A DNA stretch of 64,000 bases from Eledone cirrhosa (lineage: Eukaryota), in NCBI GenBank assembly GCA_964016885.1, contig OZ024743.1, positions 252,898,001 to 252,962,000 of the forward strand. The letters run 5' to 3'. Position 1 is the first letter of the stretch. Each line of letters starts with the position of its first letter. Shown piece after piece: positions 40,875 to 55,003 of the stretch. Made by a program: the position numbers and the translations under genes. Under the pieces are notes generated by a model, which was not told the origin of the DNA, searched no databases, and was given only the letters and a program-made list of their open reading frames with translations.

Positions 40875-42554
40875 TGTCGCGACAAAAAACACACATTCGA
40901 CGCTGTAATGTAGTTGTGTAGGTAACACGGTAAAAACCTCCCAGTCCACACTATAAATGTTGTTGGTCTTAAGACGGGCATCCAACCGTAGAAAACCAGC
41001 CAGACAGTCTTATACGAGCAATACACGTTCACCCGACCAATCTTGCCTCAAGTGGGACAATTGCCGTCTATCCCATTTTAGCATGGAAGATAGACGTTAA
41101 ACGATAATGATGATGATATATATATATATATATAAAGGCTTGTATTTGCCGAGTCATTAGAAGGCTTTGTGATATTCATTTCATCTCTTTGTTCTCTGAT
41201 TTGAAATTCTCCTGAGGTCAACTTTGCCTTTCGTCACTTCAAGGTCGACAAAAAAGTACCAGTCCAATACTGGGATCAATTTTTCCCCCATATCTCTTTC
41301 TCACTTCTATTCTCACTTTCTTTCCTTCTCTGGAAGTAATCTGCTGTATTCAGACATGGTAAAAGATGGGACCAGATTTTACAATGCCCTAGAAACATTG
41401 TATATCAATGCAGCATACCTATAAATCCCTCCAGAGGGATACTTAATTATATATATATGAAGTATTGTATTGTATTGATAAAGTATTGTATTGTGTTATA
41501 TATAGGCAAACATGGAAAACTGGAAGCTAAACAGTGATGATGATGATCATCATCATGGAGTCTATAAATATGTATATATATATAACCCAATTGCACCTCT
41601 CAAAGGCGATGTCACAGGACCGTGACCTCTGGCGTCACACAGTAATACAGAAGACCCAACTTCCTACAAGTACAAGCCAAAACTGAAGCATATAAACAAT
41701 ATGCCCTCCCACTGCAAAGTGGTCGTGGATGCGCCACGGCAAAAAGGTAAAAAAGCATCCCAGCACTCACTGTAAATGAGGTTGGTGTTAGGAAGGGCAT
41801 GCAGCTGTAGAAATCAAGCCAGAATCAGATCCAGTATGAGCAAGACAAGGTCAGCCGACCGGACAGAGCCCACAACAGGATAACCCGTCTAACCCATGTT
41901 AGCGTGGAAGAACAGATGTAAAATGGTGATGATCATGATGATATATCTATCATCATTTCATTTTATGTCCGTTTTTTCCTTGCTTGCAAGGGTGGGACGG
42001 GAACTGATTCTGGTTTGATGTCTACAGCTGGATGCCCTTCCTAACACCAACCTCATTTACAGTGAGTGCTGATCGTTTTTTTCCTTGATGGCTACACGTC
42101 CACTTTTACAGAGTGGGCTGGGTGCTTTTTTGCCATGGCACCCCCATGACCACTTTGCAGTGGAATGATATGGATCCCAGTCCCTATCATCTCATTTCTA
42201 CAGCTGAGTAAACTGGAGCAATGTGAAATAAAGTGTCTTGCTCAAGGAAACAACGCATCACCCAGTCCGAGAAGAATAAAATAGTATAAAACAGTATACT
42301 TCCAATCTAGAGTAAAACTCATTCTTTGATTTATTCATTGAACCTTGTTTAACTTTTAAATATATATCTATATATATATATATATATATACACACACATA
42401 CATACGAGATAGTTATATACTGGTTGAGCAAGGGACTATCTAATTGATCTAAAGGCCATAGGTTTATATTCTTCATCTTCGAATCTTATTATGTCTGATA
42501 AATAAACACATGGAAGAAACATTTTTCATGAATATTGACCTCTACCTGTTTTGA

Positions 42555-42736
42555 TAATTGTTTCTACTATTGGCACAAGGCCAGCAATTACCCAGTACAT
42601 TACTGGTACTTTATTTTATCGACCCCGTAAGCATGAAAGACAAAGTTAACATCGGTGGGATTTGAACTCAGAATGACAAGGGCCGTAACTATGCGTCAAA
42701 GCATGGTGTCCAACCCTCTACCGATACTGCCAATTC
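42555..42736 (-). mobile_element. tRNA-derived SINE (type 1)
   Basis: Near-identical to 23695-23885. Confidence 0.85.
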
Positions 42737-42982
42737 TACCTGTTTTGATAATGAATGTACCAGATGGTTAAATAATGGAATGGCCTAATGTAAAATTATT
42801 GTGTGCCTGAGCATTCTACAGATGTATAAAATTAACAGAAGTTTTAAGTAGGTTCAGCATGACATAATGTGTGACATGGCTGTCCATTTGAATTATATAT
42901 ATATATATATATATAGTTGTTATATAGTAAAGTGCATCGTTATTTTTCTCCCTCATATCAAGAATTTGAAGACAATTCATTT

Positions 42983-43056
42983 TCACCTGATGAGATCAGT
43001 GATAATCGATCATGGCTTCACAATCGATCTATCTCTTATTGAAACATGTGTCGTGA
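42983..43056 (+). ncRNA. Type I hammerhead ribozyme (orphan)
   Basis: tcac-CTGATGA-[imperfect ~20-bp stem II gat..gata.atcgat / atcgatctatc..att]-GAAA-catgtg-TC-gtga. Stem I extends with cattt/aaatg. Confidence 0.78.
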
Positions 43057-46000
43057 TTAAATGATTGGAATTTTACCTTGCCTTCAGATTTTCATTTTGA
43101 TATATATATATATATATATATATATGCCATCATGTATTAGGGAAAGTGTCTGGGCATTCCATTGAGTAGTGTATATTTAACGTTATTCTTTGGGTGATTT
43201 GGCACAACATAGTGTGTAACAAATGCTGGCCCTGTGAATTATAAGTACACTCCATCTGATGGGCTTCCTTACACTTTTTCTTTACCCAATTTCACTCACA
43301 AGTTTTGGGTTGACCAAAGTCCATGGTAAACGACAATTACCCAATATGACATACTGTGGGATCGAACCCACAACATTGTGATTGTAAAGTGAACCACTTC
43401 AAAATGTTTGTATGCTATGTCCACACACAAAATAAAAACCTAAATAATTATTAAATTCTGAAGAATTAATAATCAGCCACTTTAATCAAAATCATATTAA
43501 CTACTCTTCTACCCTCCCAGTACATGTGGGTTGGGTTCAGGATGTTTATAGTTTTAAATGACAGCAATGATTGTGTTATTTCAGCAGTAAAATGAGATAA
43601 AAGACCATGACTAATTTAGTTTATGAAGCATGCTACTCTCAGGAGTATTAGTAATACAGAAAATGATAAATACGTAATTATCCCATCAACCGATACGATC
43701 AACATAATCAAGTGATTGACCTTTCCACTCCTGTGGTATATATCTCACTCAGGATCCACCAAATTGATGTTTACTGATAGAAGTAAAATGAAATGGGTAA
43801 AACTGGGAATTGAATCAATTCAATTGCTCTCACCCAGATGAGTGTATGGTTAAATTATATTTTGATGATCTGTAGTTTAATATATTATTAGATTGCTTTA
43901 ACCAAAAATGAAGTTATCTGCTATCTATCAGTTCAAAGTTCCCTAAGCTGTTAAAATTTAGCATTCAGGGAATATTACCACTGTAAACAGGAAATCCTAA
44001 ATTCAATTAATAATTATTTAACCCAGCTGAAGGTACATGGCTTAGTAGTTAGAGTACTGAGCTGAAAATCATGAACCAGGGGATGGATTGTGTCCTTCAG
44101 CAAGACAATTCATTTCTTTTTGCTCCTGTTCCCTCTGCTGGAAAAATATGTTGCGACATCACTCGTGCGAAGCTGTATTGAACTTTGCCCTTCTCTTGGA
44201 CAATATCAAATATAGTGTATATATATAATGCATTTATATATATAGTGTATACATAATGCATTTATATATATATAGTGTGTATATGAATTGTGACATCACT
44301 GGTGCTAAGTTGACTTTGCCTTTCCCTTGATCAACATTCATAACAAGGAGAGGAGAGTCTGATATGTGTGGGCAATTGCTGATTGTCTCTAAAACATTCC
44401 CAAGCTTAAGATTGAGAGGGAAACTTTCTTGGGGCTAAAGCATGGTCATTCATGAGCAAACGGTGCCTATATTGCCCAAAACTGCCTTTGGGTCAACAAT
44501 TTTTGTGGTGAGGGAAGGCAGGATTTGAAGACAAGACACATTGATCTCAAACATATACCTCAAGGTCACCCTTTCTGATATTCTAACTATTACACTAATC
44601 CACCACCACGGACTGATATTTTGTTTGTTGATATATGTAATGAAGTTGTGTGTAAAGAAAGAGTGCTGTATGGTTGATATTCTGGATATGAAAGATTGAT
44701 TTTGGGAGATGAGATACTGTAAAGATTATATAAGGAACAAGAGAATAGGTTGGTGTATCAAGGTAAGCTTGGATAATTGGAGTCCTCAGTTTCATTGGTG
44801 TGTGAAAGTTTTGAATATATCCAGATTTATCGAATACATGGTATTTTTAAAATGACACTATAGTGTCAGGAAGGCTGTGTTCTTACTATTATTTGTAAGG
44901 AACAAAGTTGTGATGATTTGGAATATAGGATTTGGATAAACATCACACCGTGTGTGTGAGAGAGAGAGAGACAGAGTAAAGCACTGAAGGGGAGAGAGGA
45001 GGAGGAAATTGCTGAATCTGGAAGTTTGGATATGACCTGAAAGAGAAAGAGTGAGAAAAAAAGAAATTGGAAGAGAGAGAAGGGACAGCTTAACAAAGGA
45101 AAGATGACTAATGATGTGGTAAAAACAAGGGAATTTATCATACAGATCAGCACAATCAATGGTTGGTAATGTTTATAATGATGATGATAATGATAAGATT
45201 AGTGGTTGATAATGGTTACAATGATGATGATATTACATGAGACGACAATCACGCCTTATCTAATACAATTACAGGGCTAGCTGTAAGAGAACAGCGAGAT
45301 CAAAGAGTTGACGATAACCACTGATTATCATTTGCATGTAATAAACGACACTGGCCATTCTTATTTGTGAGGTGCCTACTTTGAATTTCAAGGGTTCTTC
45401 CTCTTCTTTCACTAATATTAGCTTAATAGGTGGCTGCCATGACAAGAGGTTTTACCACCCAGAATACATCCCACCCTCTCACCACACCACCTAAAATATA
45501 TATCCATCCCTCCACTACACCACCTAAAATATACATCTATCCTTACACCACACCACACACAATTCAGATCCAACCCTCATCCTATAATATACATCCATCT
45601 TACCTCCACACCATCCAGAATATAGATCCAGCCTTCCAACATACCACCACAACTCCTTCCAACAAAACAACCAGCTCAGCTATGCTGGAAATTAATTCAA
45701 CCCTTGTCAAGACAGACAGGATGAAAGAATAAAATATATATTTATTCAGACAGGATGAAAGAAATAAAATATATTTATTTTCCTTTTTACTATGTCATTA
45801 AATATACCCAATGATATTCTTTGCTATCTTTGGCTGTTGTAACAATGTAATGTATTTTACTCTATACCTTAACAATAGCAACACAGATAACATAGTAAAG
45901 CAGAAATGAAATAGAGGTTCTTTTTTGTTCCAAAAATGGAATGAGAGAGCAGTAGAATTGCAGTAAGGAGAAGTAAGAAGTGGGGAGAAAAAATCCACAA

Positions 46001-47159
46001 AGGCAGTCATGAACATAAATCATATAACCTGTCTTTAACTATGATGTTTCTGTACAATCATAACTGTTCCCATTGTATCTAAGATGGCAATTATTTTGCC
46101 ATAAACTGCCAATTGTCATTTGTCATTCAGAAATCATAGTTTAATTCTTGTTTAGGAATAATTTTGCCCTAAGATAATCATTATATAAACAGATAAATAA
46201 CACTGGAACCAAATAAATATGAATGAAAAAATTACAGAATGTATCTATATATGTGTGTCTGTGTATGCATAAATATGTATGTTATGTATGTATGTATGTA
46301 TGTATGTATGTATGTATGTATGTATGTATGTATGTATGTATGTGTAAAAATGGCATGATAACTTGTAAGATGAACAAAAAATGTAAATAATACAGTAAAA
46401 AAATAGAACAAAATATGGCACAGATAGAAATTTTGGTTCATTTTGTTAAAGAACATATTGTAGAGAAATCCTTAAAGATGGGAAATATTTCAAAAATTCC
46501 TAGATAAATATGAAGGTCATGCTGATAAGAATGAAAGAACTAAAGAATTCAACCGAAACAATGAAATCAGAATTAAAATGGATCAGATTTGGTGACAGGT
46601 TTTCCCAAGTTTAATGGAAGTTCTGTAATTCTAAGAATGGAATTTATATGATAATTGATATCTTCAGCATTGCTTAGAAAAATTAAAGGAAACCTTCAAA
46701 ATATATTATTTGGGTACTCTCTTAAAGTGGTTTCTAATCAATTAGAGATTATGTGTTATGTGTGGTAAAAAGGATTCTTTGTTCATGTTGAAAACAAAAT
46801 TCTACTGTTGGTTCCACAATAAGATACATCCAGTACATTCTGTAAAATGTTAATGCTGGTGCCATGATAAAATGCAGCAATCACACTCTGTAAAATGGTT
46901 GATGAAGAAATAGAGACAACATACTTTTCAGAGACAATGTTTTATAGCTGGATGCCCTTCCTGGTGTCAACACTTCAGAGATGCATCTATAATCAATCAC
47001 TTCAAGAACAAAGGTAAAACATCTATCTGTGACAAATTTTGTGGCATCTCCCTTCTCTGTAGTTCTGGTAAGGTAATTGCCCATGTGATTTTCAACAGAA
47101 TTGCATGCACACCTGAAAACCAATGTACTTTCCACACAGGTTACTGACAATATCTTTCT

Positions 47160-47440
47160 CCCTTCACCAGGTTGCAGAGAAGGTTTGAGAAAGGAACTAG
47201 GAGCTATTTATGGTTTTAGTCAAGTCAACACTGTCAATCGCAAAGCTCTATAGAAAAGCCTCAAAAAGCATAGCATAAGTGACAATATACAGAACGTCAT
47301 CATATCTGATCACGAGGGCATGAAATCATCAATCATGTCAAATGGTGAATGCTCTAAACCCTTTAGTATTGCAAACAGTACGAAGCGGGGTTGTGTCAAG
47401 GTTCCTGTTCTCTTTGCTTTGTTCTTCACACTAATGCTAT
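47160..47440 (+). mobile_element. Old RTE-like RT remnant
   Basis: NGECSKPFSIANSTKRGCVKVPVLFALFF resembles the RT motif 'F.I..GVKQGCVLAPTLF'. Confidence 0.55.
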
Positions 47441-47489
47441 AATATAAATATATATACATTATATAATTATATATATAACTTTGATAGGT

Positions 47490-48230
47490 TTTGATCAGTG
47501 TTGGCCTAGGCCATGTCTTTTAATAGCACCATCTGGTGGTCATTCATATTATTTGTGGGTTCACAACCTAATAATTTTTTAGACACTGTGGTGCACTCAA
47601 GTAAAGAGCTGTTTTCAGAGACATATCCAGGTGTAGGGGGTTTATCCAAGTTATCTTTGTCCAGGAAACGTTTAAATATCATGGGATCTTTATCTGCCTT
47701 GATGTATTTCACTATGATATTTAAAAAGAGAGGGACCAGCTGGGGGAAGAATTTGTCACATATATGATGCGAGGTTGATTTTGTAATGGGGGATTGCATG
47801 GGGGCCCAAACTTGGGTGGATTTTATAGATGATGACAACATGATTTGGGCTATATTGATGGAATATTTTCTACATCAAACAAATGACATAGTGCTGTTGG
47901 AGAGAATAGAGTTTGCGTTTTTCTAGTTGACCCCAATAGTGAAGGCCTTCTATATTGTCTTTGTAATTGACAACTAGATTGCTTAAATTTTTATAATACT
48001 TTTTTTCATGTGAGTAGACAACAATATTCAATGTGATGGTAGGCAAAGCTAGAGCAGAGTAGGAGAATGGTGTGAATTTCTCTAGACTAGAAAGTTCTGA
48101 GAATCCAAGAACACATCCTGCAGGTCACATCAACTTTGCCATTTATGTGAGTACTCCAGCTTAAGTTATTGTCAACAATTAATCCAAGATCTCTGCTGCT
48201 GTTTGATCTCTCAAGGTTTTCACCTGAGGG
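47490..48230 (-). mobile_element. Old CR1/Jockey-like LINE 3' remnant
   Basis: Minus strand LYSLQQ-like motif, PQLVPLF, FKRFLD..DKPPTPGY. Degenerate. Confidence 0.5.
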
Positions 48231-48445
48231 GAGAAAATATATATATATGTATATATATACATCATCATCACCGTTTTACGTCCGTTCTTTCATGCTAGCA
48301 TGGGATAGACAGATTTTCCTGTTATGGGCAGTGTCCGGTCGGTTGACCTTGTCTTGCTCATACGGGAGCTGATTCTGGCTTGATTTCTACAGCTGGACGC
48401 CCTATATATATATATATACATATACATACATATATGCACACACAC

Positions 48446-48494
<49 letters not shown>

Positions 48495-48673
48495 ATAGTT
48501 GTGTAGTTACTATTTAGGTAACTTAAAATGCAGTGGGAATACGAAGAAAGCAAGAACAGGTGTGTGGTGGGGGGGAGTTTTCCTCATCAGTTGTCTACTG
48601 GGGTCTAGGATATTTATATATATATATATATATATACATACATAAACACACACACACATATGTATATATATAC

Positions 48674-48705
<32 letters not shown>

Positions 48706-49224
48706 ATATATATATATACATAAACACACACACACATATGTACATATATATATATATATATATATTTGCAGGAGGATGCAAAAATATTCTGTTTGCTTAA
48801 AATCAATATAATTATCTGATTTTTTTTGCCAGTCTGCATATAATTTCACGTCTGTTCAGCACAAGATTATTGTCTTTTTAATGGTTCAAGAAATTTAATT
48901 TGATGCATGAATTACTGGGAGAATAATGAGCATCTAAAATATAAAACTCATAAGGTCATTATAACTTCAGAGGTCACATTTTGTTAATGTTGTATTTCTT
49001 CATTTAATTAGCATTTTTCTATAATTGAAGTTGTCTTCTTTTAACTAAATAGATAACATTGTTGCTGATGGTGTTAGTAGTATTAATGTTATTATTATTG
49101 TTCTTATTATTTGTCTCCTGATAATATAAGGCAATAGTGTAAAGTATTGAAATGAGTGCATTAGTTTCATAAGTGTTCAATTTACAAATTAATGTGTAAT
49201 AAACAGATATACACATACCAGTAT

Positions 49225-49230
49225 TTATAC

Positions 49231-49262
<32 letters not shown>

Positions 49263-49458
49263 ATATATATATATAATATATGTGTGTGTGTGTATGTATG
49301 TATATGTATATATATATATATATATATATGTGTATATATGTCTGTCTAACCCATGCTAGCATGGAAGAACGGACGTAAAACGGTGATGATGATATATGTA
49401 TATATATATATGTGTGTGTATGCATGTATATGTATATATATATATATATGTGTGTGTG

Positions 49459-49490
<32 letters not shown>

Positions 49491-49500
49491 TGTGTGTGTG

Positions 49501-49568
<68 letters not shown>

Positions 49569-49740
49569 TACATATGTTTATATATATATATATATATACA
49601 TATGTTTATATATATATATATATACATATGTTTATATATATATATATATACATATGTTTATATATATATATATATACATATGTTTATATATATATATATA
49701 TATACATATGTTTATATATATATATATATATACATATGTT

Positions 49741-49771
<31 letters not shown>

Positions 49772-49792
49772 ATACATATATATATGTATATA

Positions 49793-49881
<89 letters not shown>

Positions 49882-49890
49882 ATATATAAA
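49225..49890. repeat. Compound (TA)n/(TG)n microsatellite block
   Basis: Direct reading. Confidence 0.9.
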
Positions 49891-50002
49891 TTGGTGTATA
49901 CAAATACACATAAAGGTATATACATACTTATATATAAATGCAAAGAAACTTGAAATAAGTTTTGGCTCTTACAATCTCAACTGTAGCATAATATTTAAAA
50001 CA

Positions 50003-51636
50003 TAGACATACACACACAGTCACCTTTCATGTATGATACAGACATACACACACGGTCACCTTTCATGTATGATAGACATACACACAGTCACCTTTCATGT
50101 ATGATACAGACATACACACACAGTCATACACACACAGTCACCTTTCATGTATGATACAGACATACACACACAGTCATACACACACAGTCACCTTTCATGT
50201 ATGATACAGACATACACACACGGTCACCTTTCATGTATGATAGACATACACACAGTCACCTTTCATGTATGATACAGACATACACACACAGTCATACACA
50301 CACAGTCACCTTTCATGTATGATACAGACATACACACACAGTCATACACACACAGTCACCTTTCATGTATGATACAGACATACACACACAGTCACCTTTC
50401 ATGTATGATAGACATACACACAGTCACCTTTCATGTATGATACAGACATACACACACAGTCATACACACACAGTCACCTTTCATGTATGATACAGACATA
50501 CACACACAGTCATACACACACAGTCACCTTTCATGTATGATACAGACATACACACACAGTCACCTTTCATGTATGATAGACATACACACAGTCACCTTTC
50601 ATGTATGATACAGACATACACACACAGTCATACACACACAGTCACCTTTCATGTATGATACAGACATACACACACAGTCATACACACACAGTCACCTTTC
50701 ATGTATGATACAGACATACACACACGGTCACCTTTCATGTATGATAGACATACACACAGTCACCTTTCATGTATGATACAGACATACACACACAGTCATA
50801 CACACACAGTCACCTTTCATGTATGATACAGACATACACACACAGTCATACACACACAGTCACCTTTCATGTATGATACAGACATACACACACAGTCACC
50901 TTTCATGTATGATACAGACATACACACACGGTCACCTTTCATGTATGATAGACATACACACAGTCACCTTTCATGTATGATACAGACATACACACACAGT
51001 CATACACACACATTCACCTTTCATGTATGATACAGACATACACACACAGTCATACACACACAGTCACCTTTCATGTATGATACAGACATACACACACAGT
51101 CACCTTTCATGTATGATACAGACATACACACACGGTCACCTTTCATGTATGATAGACATACACACAGTCACCTTTCATGTATGATACAGACATACACACA
51201 CAGTCATACACACACAGTCACCTTTCATGTATGATACAGACATACACACACGGTCACCTTTCATGTATGATACAGACATACACACACAGTCACCTTTCAT
51301 GTATGATTGACATACACACACAGTCACCTTTCATGTATGATACAGACATACACACACAGTCACCTTTCATGTATGATACAGACATACACACACAGTCACT
51401 TTTCATGTATGATAGACATACGCACACAGTCACCTTTCATGTATGATACAGACATACACACACAGTCACCTTTCATGTATGATAGACATACACACACAGT
51501 CACCTTTCATGTATGATACAGACATACACACACAGTCACCTTTCATGTATGATAGACATACACACACAGTCACCTTTCATGTATGATACAGACATACACA
51601 CACAGACATACACACACAGACATACACACACAGTCA
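50003..51636. repeat. Homogeneous minisatellite (32/36/50-bp variants) with higher-order repeat
   Basis: Unit cagtcacctttcatgtatgatacagacatacacaca. The 'cggtcacc' variant occurs at 50053, 50221, 50725, 50929, 51133. Confidence 0.95.
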
Positions 51637-51887
51637 CTTCTCATTCTCTAGTGACATGTATGATATAGGAATGTATTATTAATAAAATTCAAAAACATTT
51701 TACAAAAATCTATTTCAAATAACAACACTACAGATATTTATAAATGGAAAATGAAGAGAAAGGAAAGGGCACTAGGATCACAGAAGATTGGGAGAATGAA
51801 GGGGAGGGGAATGTGATGTAGGTCTAAGGTGTGACAGTGTTGTGGTTGCATCTTGTGGACAAGGTCGCAAAATCATTTCCACAGACA

Positions 51888-52012
51888 TTGGAGGCACATG
51901 GCTTAGTGGTTAGAGCATTGGCCTTGCAATCGAAAGGTTGTGAGTTCAATTCTCAGACTGGGTGATGTGTTGTTTCCTTGAGCAAGACACTTTATTTCAC
52001 ATTGCTCCAGCG
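51888..52012 (+). mobile_element. tRNA-derived SINE (type 2) 5' part
   Basis: tggcttagtggttagagc (A box), gagttcaattc (B box), ccttgagcaagacactttatttcac. Confidence 0.75.
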
Positions 52013-52439
52013 GTGCTCCTTCCTCAGATGGGCTGCTGATATTCCGATTTTGCACTCGAGCTTGGCAGTATGGAGTCCAAGTATGCCTGAGGTTTTGGTG
52101 GTGGCTGGTGCAAATAAGAATTGGCTAGACAATCCCTGTATATGTATATATATGTATGTGTATATATATATATATATACAGAGAGAAGGGATTGTGACTA
52201 TGATAATGATGTTAGAATTAGAGGTGCAGATATTAGTAGTGATGATGGTGGTGATGATTGTGTAATCTCAGGCAGACAATAAGACAGACAGTCAGACAGT
52301 GCAGTGTATCTGAAAATCAATAAGCTATCTAATATTTTATTTGTTGAAGCAAGCCTATTAGATGTCCGTCATTATTTGATTAATATAATCAATGCAAGCA
52401 ACAATGGTGACACTCTAAACAACATTCCCATGGAACACA

Positions 52440-52580
52440 GAAAACACACAACACGCCAACAGACTACACACATCAGAGAAATACGAAACACACAACACGC
52501 CAACAGACTACACACATCAGAGAAATACGAAACACACAACACGCCAACAGACTACACACATCAGAGAAATAGGAAACACA
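52440..52580. repeat. 44-bp tandem repeat x3
   Basis: aaacacacaacacgccaacagactacacacatcagagaaatacg repeated. Confidence 0.85.
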
Positions 52581-52799
52581 CCCACATACAACAGCCAATA
52601 CAGTAACACAGGAAAAGACATCACACCAACAGACAACAGCCAATACAGTAACACAGGAAAAGACAAATACACTCACATAAACACACACTGATACACACAT
52701 ATAAACACCCACCCACATACACACTGATATTAACACACAAACAGACACATACACATTGTCTGTACAGTACATCAGTCTGGAGAGAAGGGCAAAGTCAAC

Positions 52800-52988
52800 A
52801 ATAATTGTTTCTACTTTTTGCAGAAGGCCAGCAATTTCTCAGTACATTACTGGTACTTTATTTTATCGACCCCGTAAGGATGAAAGGGAAAGTTAACCTC
52901 GGCGGGATTTGAACTCAGATTGGGAAGGGCCGTAACTCTTTGCGTCAAAGCATAGCGTGCGACCCTCTACCGATACTGCCAATCCACT
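52800..52988 (-). mobile_element. tRNA-derived SINE (type 1)
   Basis: Same A/B boxes, core and tail as 23695-23885. Confidence 0.85.
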
Positions 52989-53238
52989 AATGTTGATCCA
53001 CAAGTAAAAGACAGATACAGTCTTATAGAAAGAAACGGTATAGTTTTCAAGATGGATCAATGTATTGTTGCTAAGGACATCTTAAATAAGATGAATTACA
53101 TTAAATACTATGTATAAATACATAAGTGTGTGTAAGTGTAGAGGCGACGCTGTCAACTTTTTTCCGTTCAAGGGCTTTTATACAAAACTTATTAAACTAC
53201 TTTTCATGGTAAAAAGAATACGCCGAAGCTTCTAATTA

Positions 53239-53270
<32 letters not shown>

Positions 53271-53413
53271 AATTTTGAGTATATGTTGGTTGTATACCAA
53301 CACCTAGTATGCAGATTGCAGCAGTCGACGAGTGCGCAGGTTGGTTTGGTTACTCCGGAGTAATGTAAAATAAAATAAATAAGTCAAATGTTTAAAATGT
53401 GGCTTCATTTATT

Positions 53414-53468
53414 ACTGCTATATATATTTCGGTGACAGCCATCTTTGGCTGTGACCTCTTCAGGCAGT
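53414..53468 (-). ncRNA. Minimal type I hammerhead ribozyme (orphan, textbook fold)
   Basis: Minus strand reads actgc-CTGAAGA-ggtcacagcc(aaagat)ggctgtcacc-GAAA-tatata-TA-gcagt. Confidence 0.88.
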
Positions 53469-53688
53469 CCGAATTAGTGTGGTAGAGACGAGTACACATG
53501 TTGTTGATGACTTTAACATTGTAAATACACTGATATGCCCAGTTCGTGGTTGGGTTGTTATTTCACTGAGGAACTGGAATCATGTACGTCAATACTCATC
53601 TTTTTCCATTTATCTGAGGGTTCTAAACCCCATTATCAGGCTAAAATGTCTTTAGTCAAAAATACGGTGAAAGCTATTCTATTTTCTA

Positions 53689-53776
<88 letters not shown>

Positions 53777-53790
53777 ATATATATATATAT

Positions 53791-53821
<31 letters not shown>

Positions 53822-53825
53822 CATG

Positions 53826-53865
<40 letters not shown>

Positions 53866-54391
53866 TGAAAATTGGGAAATTAAGACTCACTAAGACTCAC
53901 AGCTAAAATATGCCAAAAGGGAATTTAAAAGCAGGCTAGTTACACCTCGTGTGGAATTAAGATAATAAACATACAAGGAGAACAGGGCTAGTGACGTCAG
54001 AATGAGACGAATGACTGTTTACAAGAAACAGCAGTCAAAACATTCCGAAAAAAAACTCAACAAACGGCATGGCGTTGAGCATAAAGCAATATTATCGCGG
54101 TTTTTTTTTAAAATCCGGGATTAGTCACAAATAATTTTAAGCACTCTAGGAAAAATTCCGAGTATAAATATAAATAAAAATAGAGAAATTAATGTGAGCA
54201 AGAAGCCAACAGTAATTCATACATATAAGTGACGATTACGTCAAGATGGAAAATATTTAACGTAAGATATGGAAAAATAATTCAATCTCAATTCAAAAAA
54301 TGTCAAGACAGAAATTTTATCCACAGAAACAAATACAATAACAAAAAGTGCATTTCGAACAGTGTTGGTATTAGTTTCACGCTTGAGAGTG

Positions 54392-54438
<47 letters not shown>

Positions 54439-54564
54439 AAGTTTTATTTAAATTGTTGGGTTACAACGAGTAAATATTTATAACTGATATAAAAGCACTC
54501 AACAAGTATTTGGAGTATATTTACGATATTAAATAAATGGAAACTATATTTATAAAACCATATT

Positions 54565-54627
54565 TATTTCATTATACATATTTCAGGGATATATTAAAAA
54601 TATGGTATGCCTTCTTCAGACAAAATA
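54565..54627 (-). ncRNA. Type I hammerhead ribozyme (left arm of inverted repeat)
   Basis: Minus strand reads tattttgt-CTGAAGA-aggcata...tatccct-GAAA-tatgta-TA-atgaaata. Confidence 0.72.
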
Positions 54628-54802
54628 CAATATAAACAGTCTTATAAATAGATAGATTTGACATACCTTACAACTTCAACTTCCATTTAAAAAGTTGATT
54701 TGACATACCTTACAACTTCAACTTCCATTTAAAAACTTTTTAAATGGAAGGTAAAGTTGTAAGGTATGTCAAATCTATCTATTTATAAGACTGTTTATAT
54801 TG

Positions 54803-54868
54803 TATTTTGTCTGAAGAAGGCATACCATATTTTTAATATGATATCCCTGAAATATGTATAATGAAATA
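54803..54868 (+). ncRNA. Type I hammerhead ribozyme (right arm of inverted repeat)
   Basis: tattttgt-CTGAAGA-aggcataccatat(t..)atatgatatccct-GAAA-tatgta-TA-atgaaata. Confidence 0.75.
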
Positions 54869-54908
54869 AATATGGTTTTATAAATATAGTTTCCATTTAT
54901 TTAATATC

Positions 54909-55003
<95 letters not shown>

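Larger units (their letters stand above)
54522..54911. repeat. ~175-bp-arm inverted repeat with internal ~40-bp tandem duplication at the axis
   Basis: 54522-54696 is the reverse complement of ~54735-54911. 54697-54737 duplicates 54655-54696. Confidence 0.9.

Noticed and set aside
48572-48600. Minus-strand CTGATGA-gga(aaac)tcc
   Set aside because: No GAAA or stem III follows. At most a truncated half.
50003-51636. CRISPR-like regular repeat with near-palindromic tcatgtatga
   Set aside because: No unique spacers, no cas genes, eukaryotic context.
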